NCBI GenBank assembly: GCA_023426265.1
Contig: JAFABA010000165.1
Span: 3,453-67,452, forward strand
DNA from: Bacillota bacterium
Lineage (GTDB): Bacteria > Bacillota > Clostridia > Christensenellales > CAG-138
Reading direction: 5' to 3'
Length of the DNA: 64,000 nt
In this document: in pieces, positions 17,684 to 27,844 of the stretch
How positions within the stretch are numbered: the first letter of the stretch is position 1
Layout: each line of letters starts with the position of its first letter
Translations under genes and position numbers: made by a program
The notes under the pieces: generated by a model
The model's input: only the letters and a program-made list of their open reading frames with translations
Told to the model about the DNA's origin: nothing
Databases searched by the model: none

Positions 17684-17822
17684 CGTCAAATTATTACAGT
17701 AAATGATTGTCTTGCTATATACCTTTGGCTTATAATGAGTTAGATGAGATTTCATTTCGATAAAATTACGATTGGATAATACGACGTCTCCTACCCCGCA
17801 TTAAGCGCATAACAGGAAGTCC
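17684..17822 (+). repeat. R1a, a conserved promoter/leader module (copy 1)
   Basis: Direct repeat of 35021..35163. The 34-nt core CGTCAAATTATTACAGTAAATGATTGTCTTGCTA has 2 mismatches between copies. It contains TTGTCT (17707) -18nt- TATAAT (17731) and a TTCG-loop hairpin at 17749..17766. Confidence 0.75.
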
Positions 17823-18103
17823 AATTAAGGCAATATAGCAAAAATGCGAAGGTAAGATTCAGGCGCGCAATGAGTAGTGGATTATCGGAAGCTAGACACA
17901 AAGAATATCCGGGCCTTACCTGTGGCGCTTAACAACACAGTACTCAATAATTGTCTTACCCGCATATTTACGCTGCGAGTCAAATCTAGCATGTGATTGC
18001 TGAGCACATTATGATGTGGTTTACACGGAGCGAAACCTACCGAGACTGTGTACTGATAAAAGGTTTGCTTGAAGAAATGGTCGAAACCTAAGAAGGGATT
18101 CCT

Positions 18104-19012
18104 ATGGGCTATTATACAGAAAGACATGGCATGAGAGCGCCGATTGAGCGTACTTCAACAATCACAATTGGAATGTATGCGTTGTTATTTGACTGCTGCA
18201 CAAAATACTATGATAATATCGCATGGAAATATCCTGCAGAATGCCCTGATGGCAATGGATGTTGTGGGTTAGATTACGAGAAATTTAATGCTGCGATGAC
18301 ATTTGAAATACCAACGCTATGCAGGGATCAGCGTGGTATGATTGAAAAGCCACGTAAAGATTATTACGAAAGCGCAGATGGATATGACCAGTATGCGTTA
18401 TTGGATTTAATCGAGTTCATTGCGTCAAATTGCATAGATATCTCATCCCGTTTTTGGCATGGATTTTTTAGGCATGACGATTTAAGCTTTGGGAAAACCC
18501 ATAAAATTTTTAATGAATTCAGATCCGAAATCAATAGCATATTTGAAAAAACCGGGCTGTTGTATACACTTACTCCCAACAAAGTTGTAGAACGCGTAGC
18601 GGAAAACGATCCTCTCTCCGCAGAGGTCGAAACGCAGGTTCAACAAATTTCCGAACCTGGCACACGAGAATTAATGAAAGAAGCAATTCTATTATACAAA
18701 ACTCCGCACCCCTTAGCTCGAAAAGATTCCGTCGAAAAAATTTGGGATGCTTTGGAACGCCTGAAAACCTACTATGCAAACCTCGATAAAAAGGCTTCTG
18801 CCCAAAAAGTCGTTGAAGACATGAGTAATGGACACGCCGAATTTGTGGAACTGCTTGACACGGAGTTTCGCACTCTGACCAAAATCGGAAACAGTTTTAG
18901 AATTCGCCACCACGAAACAGATAAAACTGAAATTAAAGATGATCGCCATTATGATTACTTTTTTAATCGCTGTCTATCGTTGATTGCGTTGGCGGTCCAG
19001 TATTTGCAATAA
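18104..19012 (+). CDS. AbiJ-like abortive-infection protein, paralogue 1 (variable N-terminal domain plus shared C-terminal domain)
   Basis: The N-terminus MGYYTERHGMRAPIE resembles AbiJ N-terminal-domain families. The C-terminal roughly 125 aa are shared with the next gene (EKIWDALERLKTYY, FRIRHHET, YDYFFNRCLSLIAL). Confidence 0.55.
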   Translation: MGYYTERHGMRAPIERTSTITIGMYALLFDCCTKYYDNIAWKYPAECPDGNGCCGLDYEKFNAAMTFEIPTLCRDQRGMIEKPRKDYYESADGYDQYALLDLIEFIASNCIDISSRFWHGFFRHDDLSFGKTHKIFNEFRSEINSIFEKTGLLYTLTPNKVVERVAENDPLSAEVETQVQQISEPGTRELMKEAILLYKTPHPLARKDSVEKIWDALERLKTYYANLDKKASAQKVVEDMSNGHAEFVELLDTEFRTLTKIGNSFRIRHHETDKTEIKDDRHYDYFFNRCLSLIALAVQYLQ

Positions 19013-19030
19013 TGGGAGCTGCTTTCTTAT

Positions 19031-20416
19031 ATGGGACAAATTTCCGAAGTAACAAGGCACGATTTATTTAATGTCATCCAGGAAGGATTTGCAGGGACAG
19101 GGACCATACAGCGTAATACCGCTGACTATGGTTATATTGACGTTGAAGAGGACATTCACATCTATATGCCGTTTTACGGACGGTTAACTGCGATTGAATT
19201 CCTTGAAAGGCTATATCATTTGGAAGATATGCCTTCGACTGATCATCGCTATAAAAATGCCAAGGGTGATATCTATTGTCATACTGTCAGTTTTGATGAT
19301 TGGCCGGAATTTTGGTTCTTGGATGACGAACGGTTTGAGCTGAAAGACGGGGCTGAGGATGAATCTATACTTAAATTCATCTGTGAGATGCTCCACCCTG
19401 CTGTAAGAGAAGAAGACGGTCCTTGGAAGAAGTACTTAATAAAATTTAATGAGTTACTAAAACCGGACTGTTACGAAATATATGCTTCCTATCGCATTTC
19501 GGGTCGTGATATTTATAAAGCCAGAAAATATGTAGAGCAAAATATAGCTTTTGATGAGAGCCACTTGTTTACAGCAAGATATAAGGAGCTAATTCAAACT
19601 GGAAATGGTTATCCAGTAGATAACATCTGCGGTGAAATTGACTTTCATATTAAAAAACGTCTTGCATCTATCATGATCGAGTTTGCAGAGCCCGCCAAGA
19701 TCAAGCCTAACAGATATGATAACTATGAAATAACAACGGACGCGTTACGGCTGGCAATGGAAAGGGTTTTTACTGTCGTCGCATATCCGGCTATAGATTG
19801 GCATACGAACAACGCATTTGGTATTTCATACGAAGATCAACTTGCAAACCTGTTTAACCCATACTTGTTTGATATTATTGAATTACAATTTAATGAGCTT
19901 TCGCGTTCAGAAAAGGCGGACTTTCAGAAAGCGATAAATGCAGCATTTGATAAAGGCGCAGTGGATTTTATCCTTTCTGATAATGGCATGGTTGTTCAGC
20001 AGCTTCAACACGAAGTGTTGGATAATGCCATTGGAGAAGACATTGGCAAGATTAAAGAGCCTGGATTGAGGGAACTTTTAGATGAGGCAATTGTCTTGCA
20101 TCGTCAGCCCCGTGTGTCTGCACATAAAGATGCTGTAGAAAAAATATGGGATGCATTGGAGCGTCTTAAAACATATTATAGATCTCTGGATAAGAGAGAC
20201 TCTGCTTCAAAAGTCATTAATAACATAAGTAGTGGTAAGACTGAATTTGCTACGCTTTTTAACACAGAATTCAAAGCACTAACTGACATAGGCAATAATT
20301 TTAGAATTCGCCATCATGAAACAAATAAAATCGATATTACAAATGCACGGTATTACGACTATTTTTTTAATCGCTGTCTATCACTGATTGCCTTGGTCGT
20401 TCAATATCTGGACTAA
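19031..20416 (+). CDS. AbiJ-like abortive-infection protein, paralogue 2
   Basis: A different N-terminal domain (ISEVTRHDLFNVI...YGRLTAIEFLERLYHLEDMPSTDHRYKNAKGDIYCHTV..DWPEFWFLDDERF...ILKFICEMLHPAVR) with the same C-terminal domain as 18104..19012. Confidence 0.55.
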   Translation: MGQISEVTRHDLFNVIQEGFAGTGTIQRNTADYGYIDVEEDIHIYMPFYGRLTAIEFLERLYHLEDMPSTDHRYKNAKGDIYCHTVSFDDWPEFWFLDDERFELKDGAEDESILKFICEMLHPAVREEDGPWKKYLIKFNELLKPDCYEIYASYRISGRDIYKARKYVEQNIAFDESHLFTARYKELIQTGNGYPVDNICGEIDFHIKKRLASIMIEFAEPAKIKPNRYDNYEITTDALRLAMERVFTVVAYPAIDWHTNNAFGISYEDQLANLFNPYLFDIIELQFNELSRSEKADFQKAINAAFDKGAVDFILSDNGMVVQQLQHEVLDNAIGEDIGKIKEPGLRELLDEAIVLHRQPRVSAHKDAVEKIWDALERLKTYYRSLDKRDSASKVINNISSGKTEFATLFNTEFKALTDIGNNFRIRHHETNKIDITNARYYDYFFNRCLSLIALVVQYLD

Positions 20417-20554
20417 AAGGGGCATGAGCTTTCCTGTTTGCTTATATTAGACAAGCAATATAGTACAATAATGCGCAGTTTTTTTGTTGTGGTATAAAAT
20501 ATAATTTGTCCGAATGAACATTAGATTAATAAGATTGTTTTTTGGGGTGATAAC

Positions 20555-23500
20555 ATGGAGGATATAAAAACTAATGCAGGAGCGTTGCCTTCTAATGCAG
20601 GTGATGATTTTCATCTTTTATGGGCAGCTCAAAAAATATTGGAAATGCTAAAACCAAGTACAACACTCACAGCTGTGACTGTAGAAGGGCCCGTATGGAA
20701 AGACTCAGTTACTACTGATATAGATAATAGTAAGCTATATGCAATTGACTTAGCTGAATATTATGGAGGCACAGATTTTCAAAATGCGTCAAAAATAGTA
20801 TTCTCTCAATTAAAATATAGTACATATATGGGTGACACGGTATGGACTGCTTCAAGTCTATGTCATTCCGACAATAAGAAGAAAGATAATTCGATTATTC
20901 GTAGACTTGCTGATACTTATAAAGAGTATACAGAGAAGAATGTGAATTCCAAGGATAAGCTTGTTGTGAAATTTGTCAGCAATCGTTCCATTTCTGACAA
21001 TTTAAAACAAGGTATAGGAACAGCGAGAGAGCTTTTAGAAACCAAAAGCTATAAGCAAGCCAATAGCCTTATAAAAAATCTTCCTCCTGAATTCACAACT
21101 GACATTGAAAGGATATATAAAGAATCCAGTCTTAGTTCAACAGCATTTTTGAGCTTTATTAATATGCTTGATTTTGAGGATTGTGGTACAACTACTAGAA
21201 GCATTAAAAAGGCAGAAATCATTAAACAACTGGGTAATTGGGGTATAGATAGTTTACAAAATAAATATAACGAAATAATAATGACTATTCGGGATCGAAT
21301 GATGCCCGGTCGAAATGCCAATGTAGCAATGACTAAAGATTTTGTATGTTCTCTGTTTGGCGGTAATTATGCTCGCTTTTTACCTGCTCCCACCAATATT
21401 CCTGCGTTAAAAACACGTTATATTGAAAGGGAATGCATCCGGGACTTAGTAGATATAGTTTTACAACAAGAAAATGCGCCTATATGTGTCCACGCCACAG
21501 CTGGTATAGGGAAGACTACAATTGTAAGTAATATTGAAAAATACCTTCCTGATGGCTCTGCTTTGGTTTTCTATGATTGCTATGGAGGTGGAACATATCT
21601 GCAGCCTTCTGACTCGAGATATGAATGTGATACTGCTATAACCCAGATTTGCAATAGCCTTGCGCTTGAATGTAAAACCGATTTTTTGTTGGAACGCAGA
21701 TTGAAGGATTCCGAGTTCTTTCAAGAGTTATGTTTACGGCTGGAGCGTGCTATAAAACATGTAAAATTATTCTCTGAAAGCGCTATTATATTACTAATTA
21801 TTGATGCTGCTGACAACGGGATATTTGCGGCAAGGCAGAACGAAAGGAATTGTTTTATTGACAAATTACTCAAACAGCCCTTACCATATGGTGTACGGCT
21901 TCTTTTTACATATCGAACAGAACACGCCGATTATTTTAATTTTCCGGAAGGCTCTAAAACTTATGAAGTTCCTGCATTTAATCTTGCGGAAAGCACAGCA
22001 CATATCCAGTCTTTTTATCCTGCCGCGACAGAAAATGAATGTTTAGAATTTCATCGTTTAAGCAAAGGAATACCACGAGTTCAGGCATATTCATTGAAAT
22101 CACAACGAGAAACATTTCTCGAAGTGGTAGAAATGTTGCGTCCATACGGGAAAACTACCGATGATTTACTCCATGATATACTTAAAGAAATATCTCAAAG
22201 ATATGGGGGAGCAAATGAGAAAATTTCATTTGCTTTCGGAGTCCTTATAAATTTGCCTCGCCCGATACCGCTAATAATTGCTGTCAAAATACTTCAGTGT
22301 ACCCCGGAAATGTTGCAGAGTTTAAGTGTAGACTGTTCCTTTGGCCTTTATATTGAAAATGATTTCATTTACTTTAATGATGAAGATTTTGAAACATTTT
22401 TACGGGATAAATATTGCGATAATTTAAAAGCTGTCAGTGCTATAACGGACTATATGTATCAGCACCGGCACCAAGATGCTTACTGCGCAAAACATGTACA
22501 TAGTTTTCTTGCTAAACAGCCTGACATATCTAAGCTTCTAAATATATCGTTAAATGAATCAATAGATGAATCACTTGTGGATATTACAGAAGCTAGTAGG
22601 ATTATGGTCTCGCGAATTAAAGCCACTTTAAGTATTCCGGTTATAAAAACCCAAGAATACTGGAAAGAATCTTTTCAGTTGATATATAAAATCATTGATT
22701 TTTCGAAAAGTGATGAAGCGATCAATAAACTAATACAAAGCAACCCAGAACAGGCGTATTTGTATTGTGATCAGAATACTCTTTTTGAAGTATTTACCAC
22801 TGATAGAAATGATTTTGACAGCTTAGGGAAAGCAGCATTTATCTTTTCAATGAAATCTGAGACAAAGACGAAGGCCCTTTCCTATTTGGATAGCTATCGG
22901 GGTGCTATTAATTATTATTACAGTAAACCTGAAGAAAAACAAAATCCAGTACAAGGGCCTAAATTTGTAGATATTGTCAATATAGCAGAATCACTGCTCA
23001 GGCTCAAAGACGAGGCGTCAATGAAACGCTGGATAACCTCATGGGTTAGTAGAAAGCTTCAGGCAAACTTATTATTTGAAATTTTGTTCCATCTAATTAA
23101 CCGAAATGATATAAAAACAGCAAACCAAATAGAAAGCCTGCGTTGGTCCGTTTATTGTAAGCTTGCTATAGTAGCTGCCTATTTAAAATGCAAAAAAACA
23201 CCACCAATTAATTTGGTCGAATATCTTAGTAATGTGTTTAATAAAATGCAAACATTAAATTTTACTAATCTTAATAAAGATCATTTTATTCTGTTCCTTG
23301 AATATCTTTGCAAAGATAATACAAATAGAGGTTTGCTCCTTAAAATTATATCAAAGTACCATATTAACTATCGTGTTTCATACCTACCTTACATTCAAGG
23401 AGATGATGAACAAGAACTAGATTGCAATTTAAGATTCTACGTTTTGGAAAAGATATTAAGGGATGAAAAAACTTATTCTGAAGATTTTTGTGATAAGGAT

Positions 23501-26500
23501 AGTCTGCTGAAGGATAAACGATTTACACAGAAAGAAATTGATGAACGAGTAAAAGATATAAGAAAAGTCTATGACTTTCTACTCCCTGCATATATTTATC
23601 GAATTCAAATAATATTAAGAGTTAATAGCGAAGCTACAGAGAAGCTTTATAATAATTGCTTGGTAAAATTAGATCGATTGTATTGGAGCGATCTCGATAA
23701 TCAAAAATCTGGAAGCATTCGTCTTTATTTATTAGCCCTATCTGATGCTGTTTTGAATACGGTTACAACGGATTCCCAAGCAATAAATCAGAATCTTACG
23801 AAAATAGCGAAAGCTACAAAAATATATCGTGATACAAAATTTGCCTTAGCGGACTTATGCTCATATGATCATCGTTCGCAACAATTTGCTTTAGAAATGC
23901 TAAAAGCGATATCTGATGAACTAATTCAACATCCTATATCTGCTATGGAATTATCAGAGGCATATATTAAATGTACTCAGATTGGTCAAAAAGTTGAGTT
24001 AAATGTTGGCCAAATATACTTTAAAAAAGCACTCCAAGCTGCAAAAGGATTGGATTACGAATCATATCGCAAGCTTGAACTTTTTAACGTCTTGTCTAAC
24101 GTTGCTGCTGATGGAAAACATCTTTCAAACGTAGAATTTTCCCATGAATTTGTACGTTTAGCTGAAGATTATTATCGAAAAATGGGCGATTCGAAGAACT
24201 TCCCATATAAAGAGGTTTTTGAAACTGCGACAATATTATGTCCAGAGAATATTTTTTCTATAATGTGCCGGATAGATGATCGTAATGATTGGGATCATTT
24301 TTCCTTACCTGAAAGTGCTTTTTATGTGTTATCTGTTTTGCTGGAAAGAGATATTTATTGCCCTGATATTATATCATCATTGTCGACCATTTTACTTCCA
24401 GAACAGCCGTCTGATTATAATAATCTAGCTAAAAAGATACTACAACATCTTATGAAAGCACCTATTTTTGTTCGCCAAAAGAGTTTAGACAATCTAATTT
24501 CTGATACCTTATACAATGTACCTTTAATTTATAAAGATACATTGGCAAAAGATATTACATCTTACATTACTGAGTATGGAATATCTGGTTATAGAAACAG
24601 CCAAGAGATAAAAGCTTTGTATGATTTTCTTCGCTCTATTGATGTGGAAACGAAGAAAAATCAAATAGAAAGTAAAACAACAGAATTACCCGTTACAGAT
24701 ATAGATATTAAGACTTGCATTATATCCGATTATTTACAATTAATAGGCTATTTAAAAGTGCTAGATATGGATAATCAAGTGATATTTGTCGATTCATGGC
24801 TCGCTGATACTTTGCCGGAAGATTATGTTTCAAGGGCAACCATAATAATAGAAGCATGCTTAAATGGGGCATATTCTATTGAGGCATCAAAAATAATGAA
24901 TGTTTTTATAAAATATATAAGCAAATGGTGCGTATGGCCAACAATAGAAACTTGGAGAAATGGTATTCAGAGAAAAATATTTATAGATCATATGGAAAAG
25001 ATACTAAGTTCCTATCATGATTATTATAATAAGTTAATCAATATTTTTAACGTTCAAGAATTTGATATTCGCGCATTTTTTATAGAATACTTGATATCAA
25101 AAGATAATATTTCAAGTGATTATATCATTGAAATATTAAAAAAATTATCTTCAACTCTTTCTGCCAGTTATGCTGAAGAAGCTTTAAAGTGGTGTATCTC
25201 AACAGAAATTCCTTCAATACATCCACTATCGGGCGATCAACCATATTCCAATAGCTTTTCTCAAATTGATGCGGATTTACTGCCGATTTGCAAGTTGCTA
25301 TGGAGGATGTTGGGGCATCCAGATAAAAAATATCGATGGATTGCTGCACATATAATACGGAACCTATATTCATGTGGGCACTCAAAAATTATAGAGTATT
25401 TCACTACTTTGTATGATGCTCCATTTGATTTGCGATATATGGATAGGAATAATTTCTTTTTTATTGAGTCCGCTAAAGTATATTTCTTAGCTGTATGTCT
25501 TCGCATTTTTAGTAAGGAACCAAAAGGCGGAGTGCCCTTTTATTGCTTCTTTAAAGAAATTGCGTGCGCTGGCCAAACCACTCACGCATTACAAAGAAGG
25601 TTAGCGAAAAATATTAGCCTAAAAATTGCTGAAGTAAATTATTCTGGTGATATTGAACAGATATTGATATCTGACGAATTAAAGCAAAGAAAAATAAAAG
25701 AATCTCCGAGATACGCAAGAGCAAGTTTCTCATCAACTCAAAAACTTCGTTTTCATTTTGATTACATGGATACCCTTCCTTATTGGTATAATGATGTTGC
25801 AGACATCTTTTGTCTTATGCAGGAAGATGTTGCGAGAGACTGTGACGACTATATTCAACAATTTGGTATTGATAATACTAAGACACAAACATGGCAAAAT
25901 AAGTACTTGCATTATAATAGATATCGCAATCGAAATATTAACAATAGTCATGGCTGCTTACCAGAAGTTGAAACATTGGAGAAATATGCTGAGTGGCATG
26001 CAATGTTTTATGTTGCTGACCAATATCGTCGCACCTTGCCCTATTCGGATGATTCTTATAAAAACTACCATGATTGGCTTGATTCATATCTTCCTGGTTA
26101 TCGGGGATATTGGAGTTGTGAGTATCGTGACCATGTCCCATTCGTTCCATTTTTATGGGAGTTTAAAAAATACAAGAATCCCCAAAATGACCATGAATAT
26201 ATAATTCAACATAATCTAGCTACTTCACTAATCATGAATGGTGATTATATAGTTACATATTTGTATTATCACTCTGCCTTCGACCAAAGCAATCAAAGTG
26301 TCAAAATAAAAAGTGCATTAATCAATGAGGAAGATATTTCTAGGTTAATTAGGGAACTTGAGAATCTACATAACATATTTGAGGACTATTATTTTGAACC
26401 GAACCGTGAAGTACGTAAATATCTTAAAAAGGCTGCCGTGATAATTTGGCCATTACATATAAATTTAGATTCTTTAAGTGATAACAGGCTTGACCAGCAT

Positions 26501-26908
26501 GACCCATTTGCAAAAGATGTATATACGGATATCTATTCTTTTTCGCAGGATGTATTGGTTAATTGCGGATATGAATTGAATGTAGAGTTACTTTCGCTTC
26601 CTACAGAAAATAAGAATTTTCCTCTGCATATAGCTAAATGGAGTGAGCCGAGTGAAGAAGGCGGATATACAAAACAAGGAACTTATGGCAGTATCGCAGA
26701 AATAAAGGTCGACCTACTCCTGAAATTTCTTAATAGTACAAATAAAGCTCTTATCTTTGAATATGGCATAGCTTTTGAGGATGCGACTTATCACTTTTAT
26801 GGAACACCAAGCAAAGCAGCTAAAGAAAAAGGTGTATTTATTATTCATTCAAATGGCAGAACAGAATCGCATGTATTAAAACGAGGTTCAGATGTTGGTT
26901 ATGAGTAA
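20555..26908 (+). CDS. Giant STAND-type NTPase (Avs/AVAST-like): N-terminal PD-(D/E)xK (Cap4/DUF4297-like) nuclease domain, P-loop NTPase, roughly 1500-aa helical C-terminal region
   Basis: N-terminal GDDFHLLWAAQKILEML...YAIDLAEYYGG...VFSQLKYS. Walker A is HATAGIGKTT (nt 21494..21520) and Walker B is IILLIIDAADNG (D at 21803). The long alpha-helical tail has no recognised domain. Confidence 0.7.
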   Translation: MEDIKTNAGALPSNAGDDFHLLWAAQKILEMLKPSTTLTAVTVEGPVWKDSVTTDIDNSKLYAIDLAEYYGGTDFQNASKIVFSQLKYSTYMGDTVWTASSLCHSDNKKKDNSIIRRLADTYKEYTEKNVNSKDKLVVKFVSNRSISDNLKQGIGTARELLETKSYKQANSLIKNLPPEFTTDIERIYKESSLSSTAFLSFINMLDFEDCGTTTRSIKKAEIIKQLGNWGIDSLQNKYNEIIMTIRDRMMPGRNANVAMTKDFVCSLFGGNYARFLPAPTNIPALKTRYIERECIRDLVDIVLQQENAPICVHATAGIGKTTIVSNIEKYLPDGSALVFYDCYGGGTYLQPSDSRYECDTAITQICNSLALECKTDFLLERRLKDSEFFQELCLRLERAIKHVKLFSESAIILLIIDAADNGIFAARQNERNCFIDKLLKQPLPYGVRLLFTYRTEHADYFNFPEGSKTYEVPAFNLAESTAHIQSFYPAATENECLEFHRLSKGIPRVQAYSLKSQRETFLEVVEMLRPYGKTTDDLLHDILKEISQRYGGANEKISFAFGVLINLPRPIPLIIAVKILQCTPEMLQSLSVDCSFGLYIENDFIYFNDEDFETFLRDKYCDNLKAVSAITDYMYQHRHQDAYCAKHVHSFLAKQPDISKLLNISLNESIDESLVDITEASRIMVSRIKATLSIPVIKTQEYWKESFQLIYKIIDFSKSDEAINKLIQSNPEQAYLYCDQNTLFEVFTTDRNDFDSLGKAAFIFSMKSETKTKALSYLDSYRGAINYYYSKPEEKQNPVQGPKFVDIVNIAESLLRLKDEASMKRWITSWVSRKLQANLLFEILFHLINRNDIKTANQIESLRWSVYCKLAIVAAYLKCKKTPPINLVEYLSNVFNKMQTLNFTNLNKDHFILFLEYLCKDNTNRGLLLKIISKYHINYRVSYLPYIQGDDEQELDCNLRFYVLEKILRDEKTYSEDFCDKDSLLKDKRFTQKEIDERVKDIRKVYDFLLPAYIYRIQIILRVNSEATEKLYNNCLVKLDRLYWSDLDNQKSGSIRLYLLALSDAVLNTVTTDSQAINQNLTKIAKATKIYRDTKFALADLCSYDHRSQQFALEMLKAISDELIQHPISAMELSEAYIKCTQIGQKVELNVGQIYFKKALQAAKGLDYESYRKLELFNVLSNVAADGKHLSNVEFSHEFVRLAEDYYRKMGDSKNFPYKEVFETATILCPENIFSIMCRIDDRNDWDHFSLPESAFYVLSVLLERDIYCPDIISSLSTILLPEQPSDYNNLAKKILQHLMKAPIFVRQKSLDNLISDTLYNVPLIYKDTLAKDITSYITEYGISGYRNSQEIKALYDFLRSIDVETKKNQIESKTTELPVTDIDIKTCIISDYLQLIGYLKVLDMDNQVIFVDSWLADTLPEDYVSRATIIIEACLNGAYSIEASKIMNVFIKYISKWCVWPTIETWRNGIQRKIFIDHMEKILSSYHDYYNKLINIFNVQEFDIRAFFIEYLISKDNISSDYIIEILKKLSSTLSASYAEEALKWCISTEIPSIHPLSGDQPYSNSFSQIDADLLPICKLLWRMLGHPDKKYRWIAAHIIRNLYSCGHSKIIEYFTTLYDAPFDLRYMDRNNFFFIESAKVYFLAVCLRIFSKEPKGGVPFYCFFKEIACAGQTTHALQRRLAKNISLKIAEVNYSGDIEQILISDELKQRKIKESPRYARASFSSTQKLRFHFDYMDTLPYWYNDVADIFCLMQEDVARDCDDYIQQFGIDNTKTQTWQNKYLHYNRYRNRNINNSHGCLPEVETLEKYAEWHAMFYVADQYRRTLPYSDDSYKNYHDWLDSYLPGYRGYWSCEYRDHVPFVPFLWEFKKYKNPQNDHEYIIQHNLATSLIMNGDYIVTYLYYHSAFDQSNQSVKIKSALINEEDISRLIRELENLHNIFEDYYFEPNREVRKYLKKAAVIIWPLHINLDSLSDNRLDQHDPFAKDVYTDIYSFSQDVLVNCGYELNVELLSLPTENKNFPLHIAKWSEPSEEGGYTKQGTYGSIAEIKVDLLLKFLNSTNKALIFEYGIAFEDATYHFYGTPSKAAKEKGVFIIHSNGRTESHVLKRGSDVGYE

Positions 26909-27244
26909 TATCTTTGATATCTAACTTCGCATTGTGATCAGCACCGCTTAATTAGTGCTATTATCCTAACGCCATATCATACGAGACTTTAAACTGAGCC
27001 TATTCTCCGATGTAAGCCTTATGATAGTCGATACCATCCATATCACCTGTATTGTGGCTCTCGAAATTGCCTTTTAAGAGGGTTATTATCCAAGATCCAC
27101 TGGCATACGGTTATGGATGAACTCGATATTCGCCCCAGCCGCTTTTGCTAGCATTACAAACACACAAACACTTCTAGCCCGGCTACAGCATGCCGACAAT
27201 TGCCAGACATGATATAATTAGTAAAAACAAGTTGGGAAAAAATT

Positions 27245-27769
27245 ATGGATTATTCAATATACATCATCATTGCTATCATCATAGGTGTTGCTTATTTTAT
27301 ATATTACAGAATAAACAAAAATAGTACTATGCATTTTAGACAAGCTGAAGAGTTTATCATTGGTTTATGTAATGCGTATCAAAATGAAGCTGAAGCAGGA
27401 TTAACTAAATATATAGATAGTCACAAGGCGTCAAATAATTGTTGGACTTTTGCCGTTATATTTGCGGGGTATAAGATTGCGCAATTGAATTTTTGCTATC
27501 ATCTTAAAGAATATGAGGATATTCTTCATTTAACATACAAATATATCTACAAGAATGCTGATGAGCATATGAGACGGTATATTCTGATTGTTGATATTCT
27601 TGATATAGCTCTTCCAAAATACGTAGGTAATCAAACAATGGACATACCAAGAACAGAAAAGAGAGTAGGCAGAGAAACAATTCAAGATTGCATAGTTGAT
27701 AAACGATATTATGCTTTATTAAGAGAGTTGTCACATCTTTCGTTAGATATAGAAGGCAACGAGCTCTAA
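27245..27769 (+). CDS. Hypothetical small protein with one N-terminal TM helix
   Basis: MDYSIYIIIAIIIGVAYFIYY followed by a helical soluble part. A TATAAT box lies about 30 nt upstream. The helicase gene follows 75 nt downstream. Confidence 0.5.
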   Translation: MDYSIYIIIAIIIGVAYFIYYRINKNSTMHFRQAEEFIIGLCNAYQNEAEAGLTKYIDSHKASNNCWTFAVIFAGYKIAQLNFCYHLKEYEDILHLTYKYIYKNADEHMRRYILIVDILDIALPKYVGNQTMDIPRTEKRVGRETIQDCIVDKRYYALLRELSHLSLDIEGNEL

Positions 27770-27844
27770 CTCAAACGGCATTATTTATAATCTTCTAAGG
27801 AAGCAAGAGTAAATTAAAGCGGTTATACTAGTGGAGGCAAGTGA

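Noticed and set aside
26937-27215. A somewhat GC-richer patch between the STAND gene and the small TM gene, considered as a degraded gene (minus-strand fragments such as AKAAGANIEFIHNRMPVDL)
   Set aside because: All frames are broken by stops within 20-30 codons, and no motif could be assigned. It cannot be supported without a BLASTX search.
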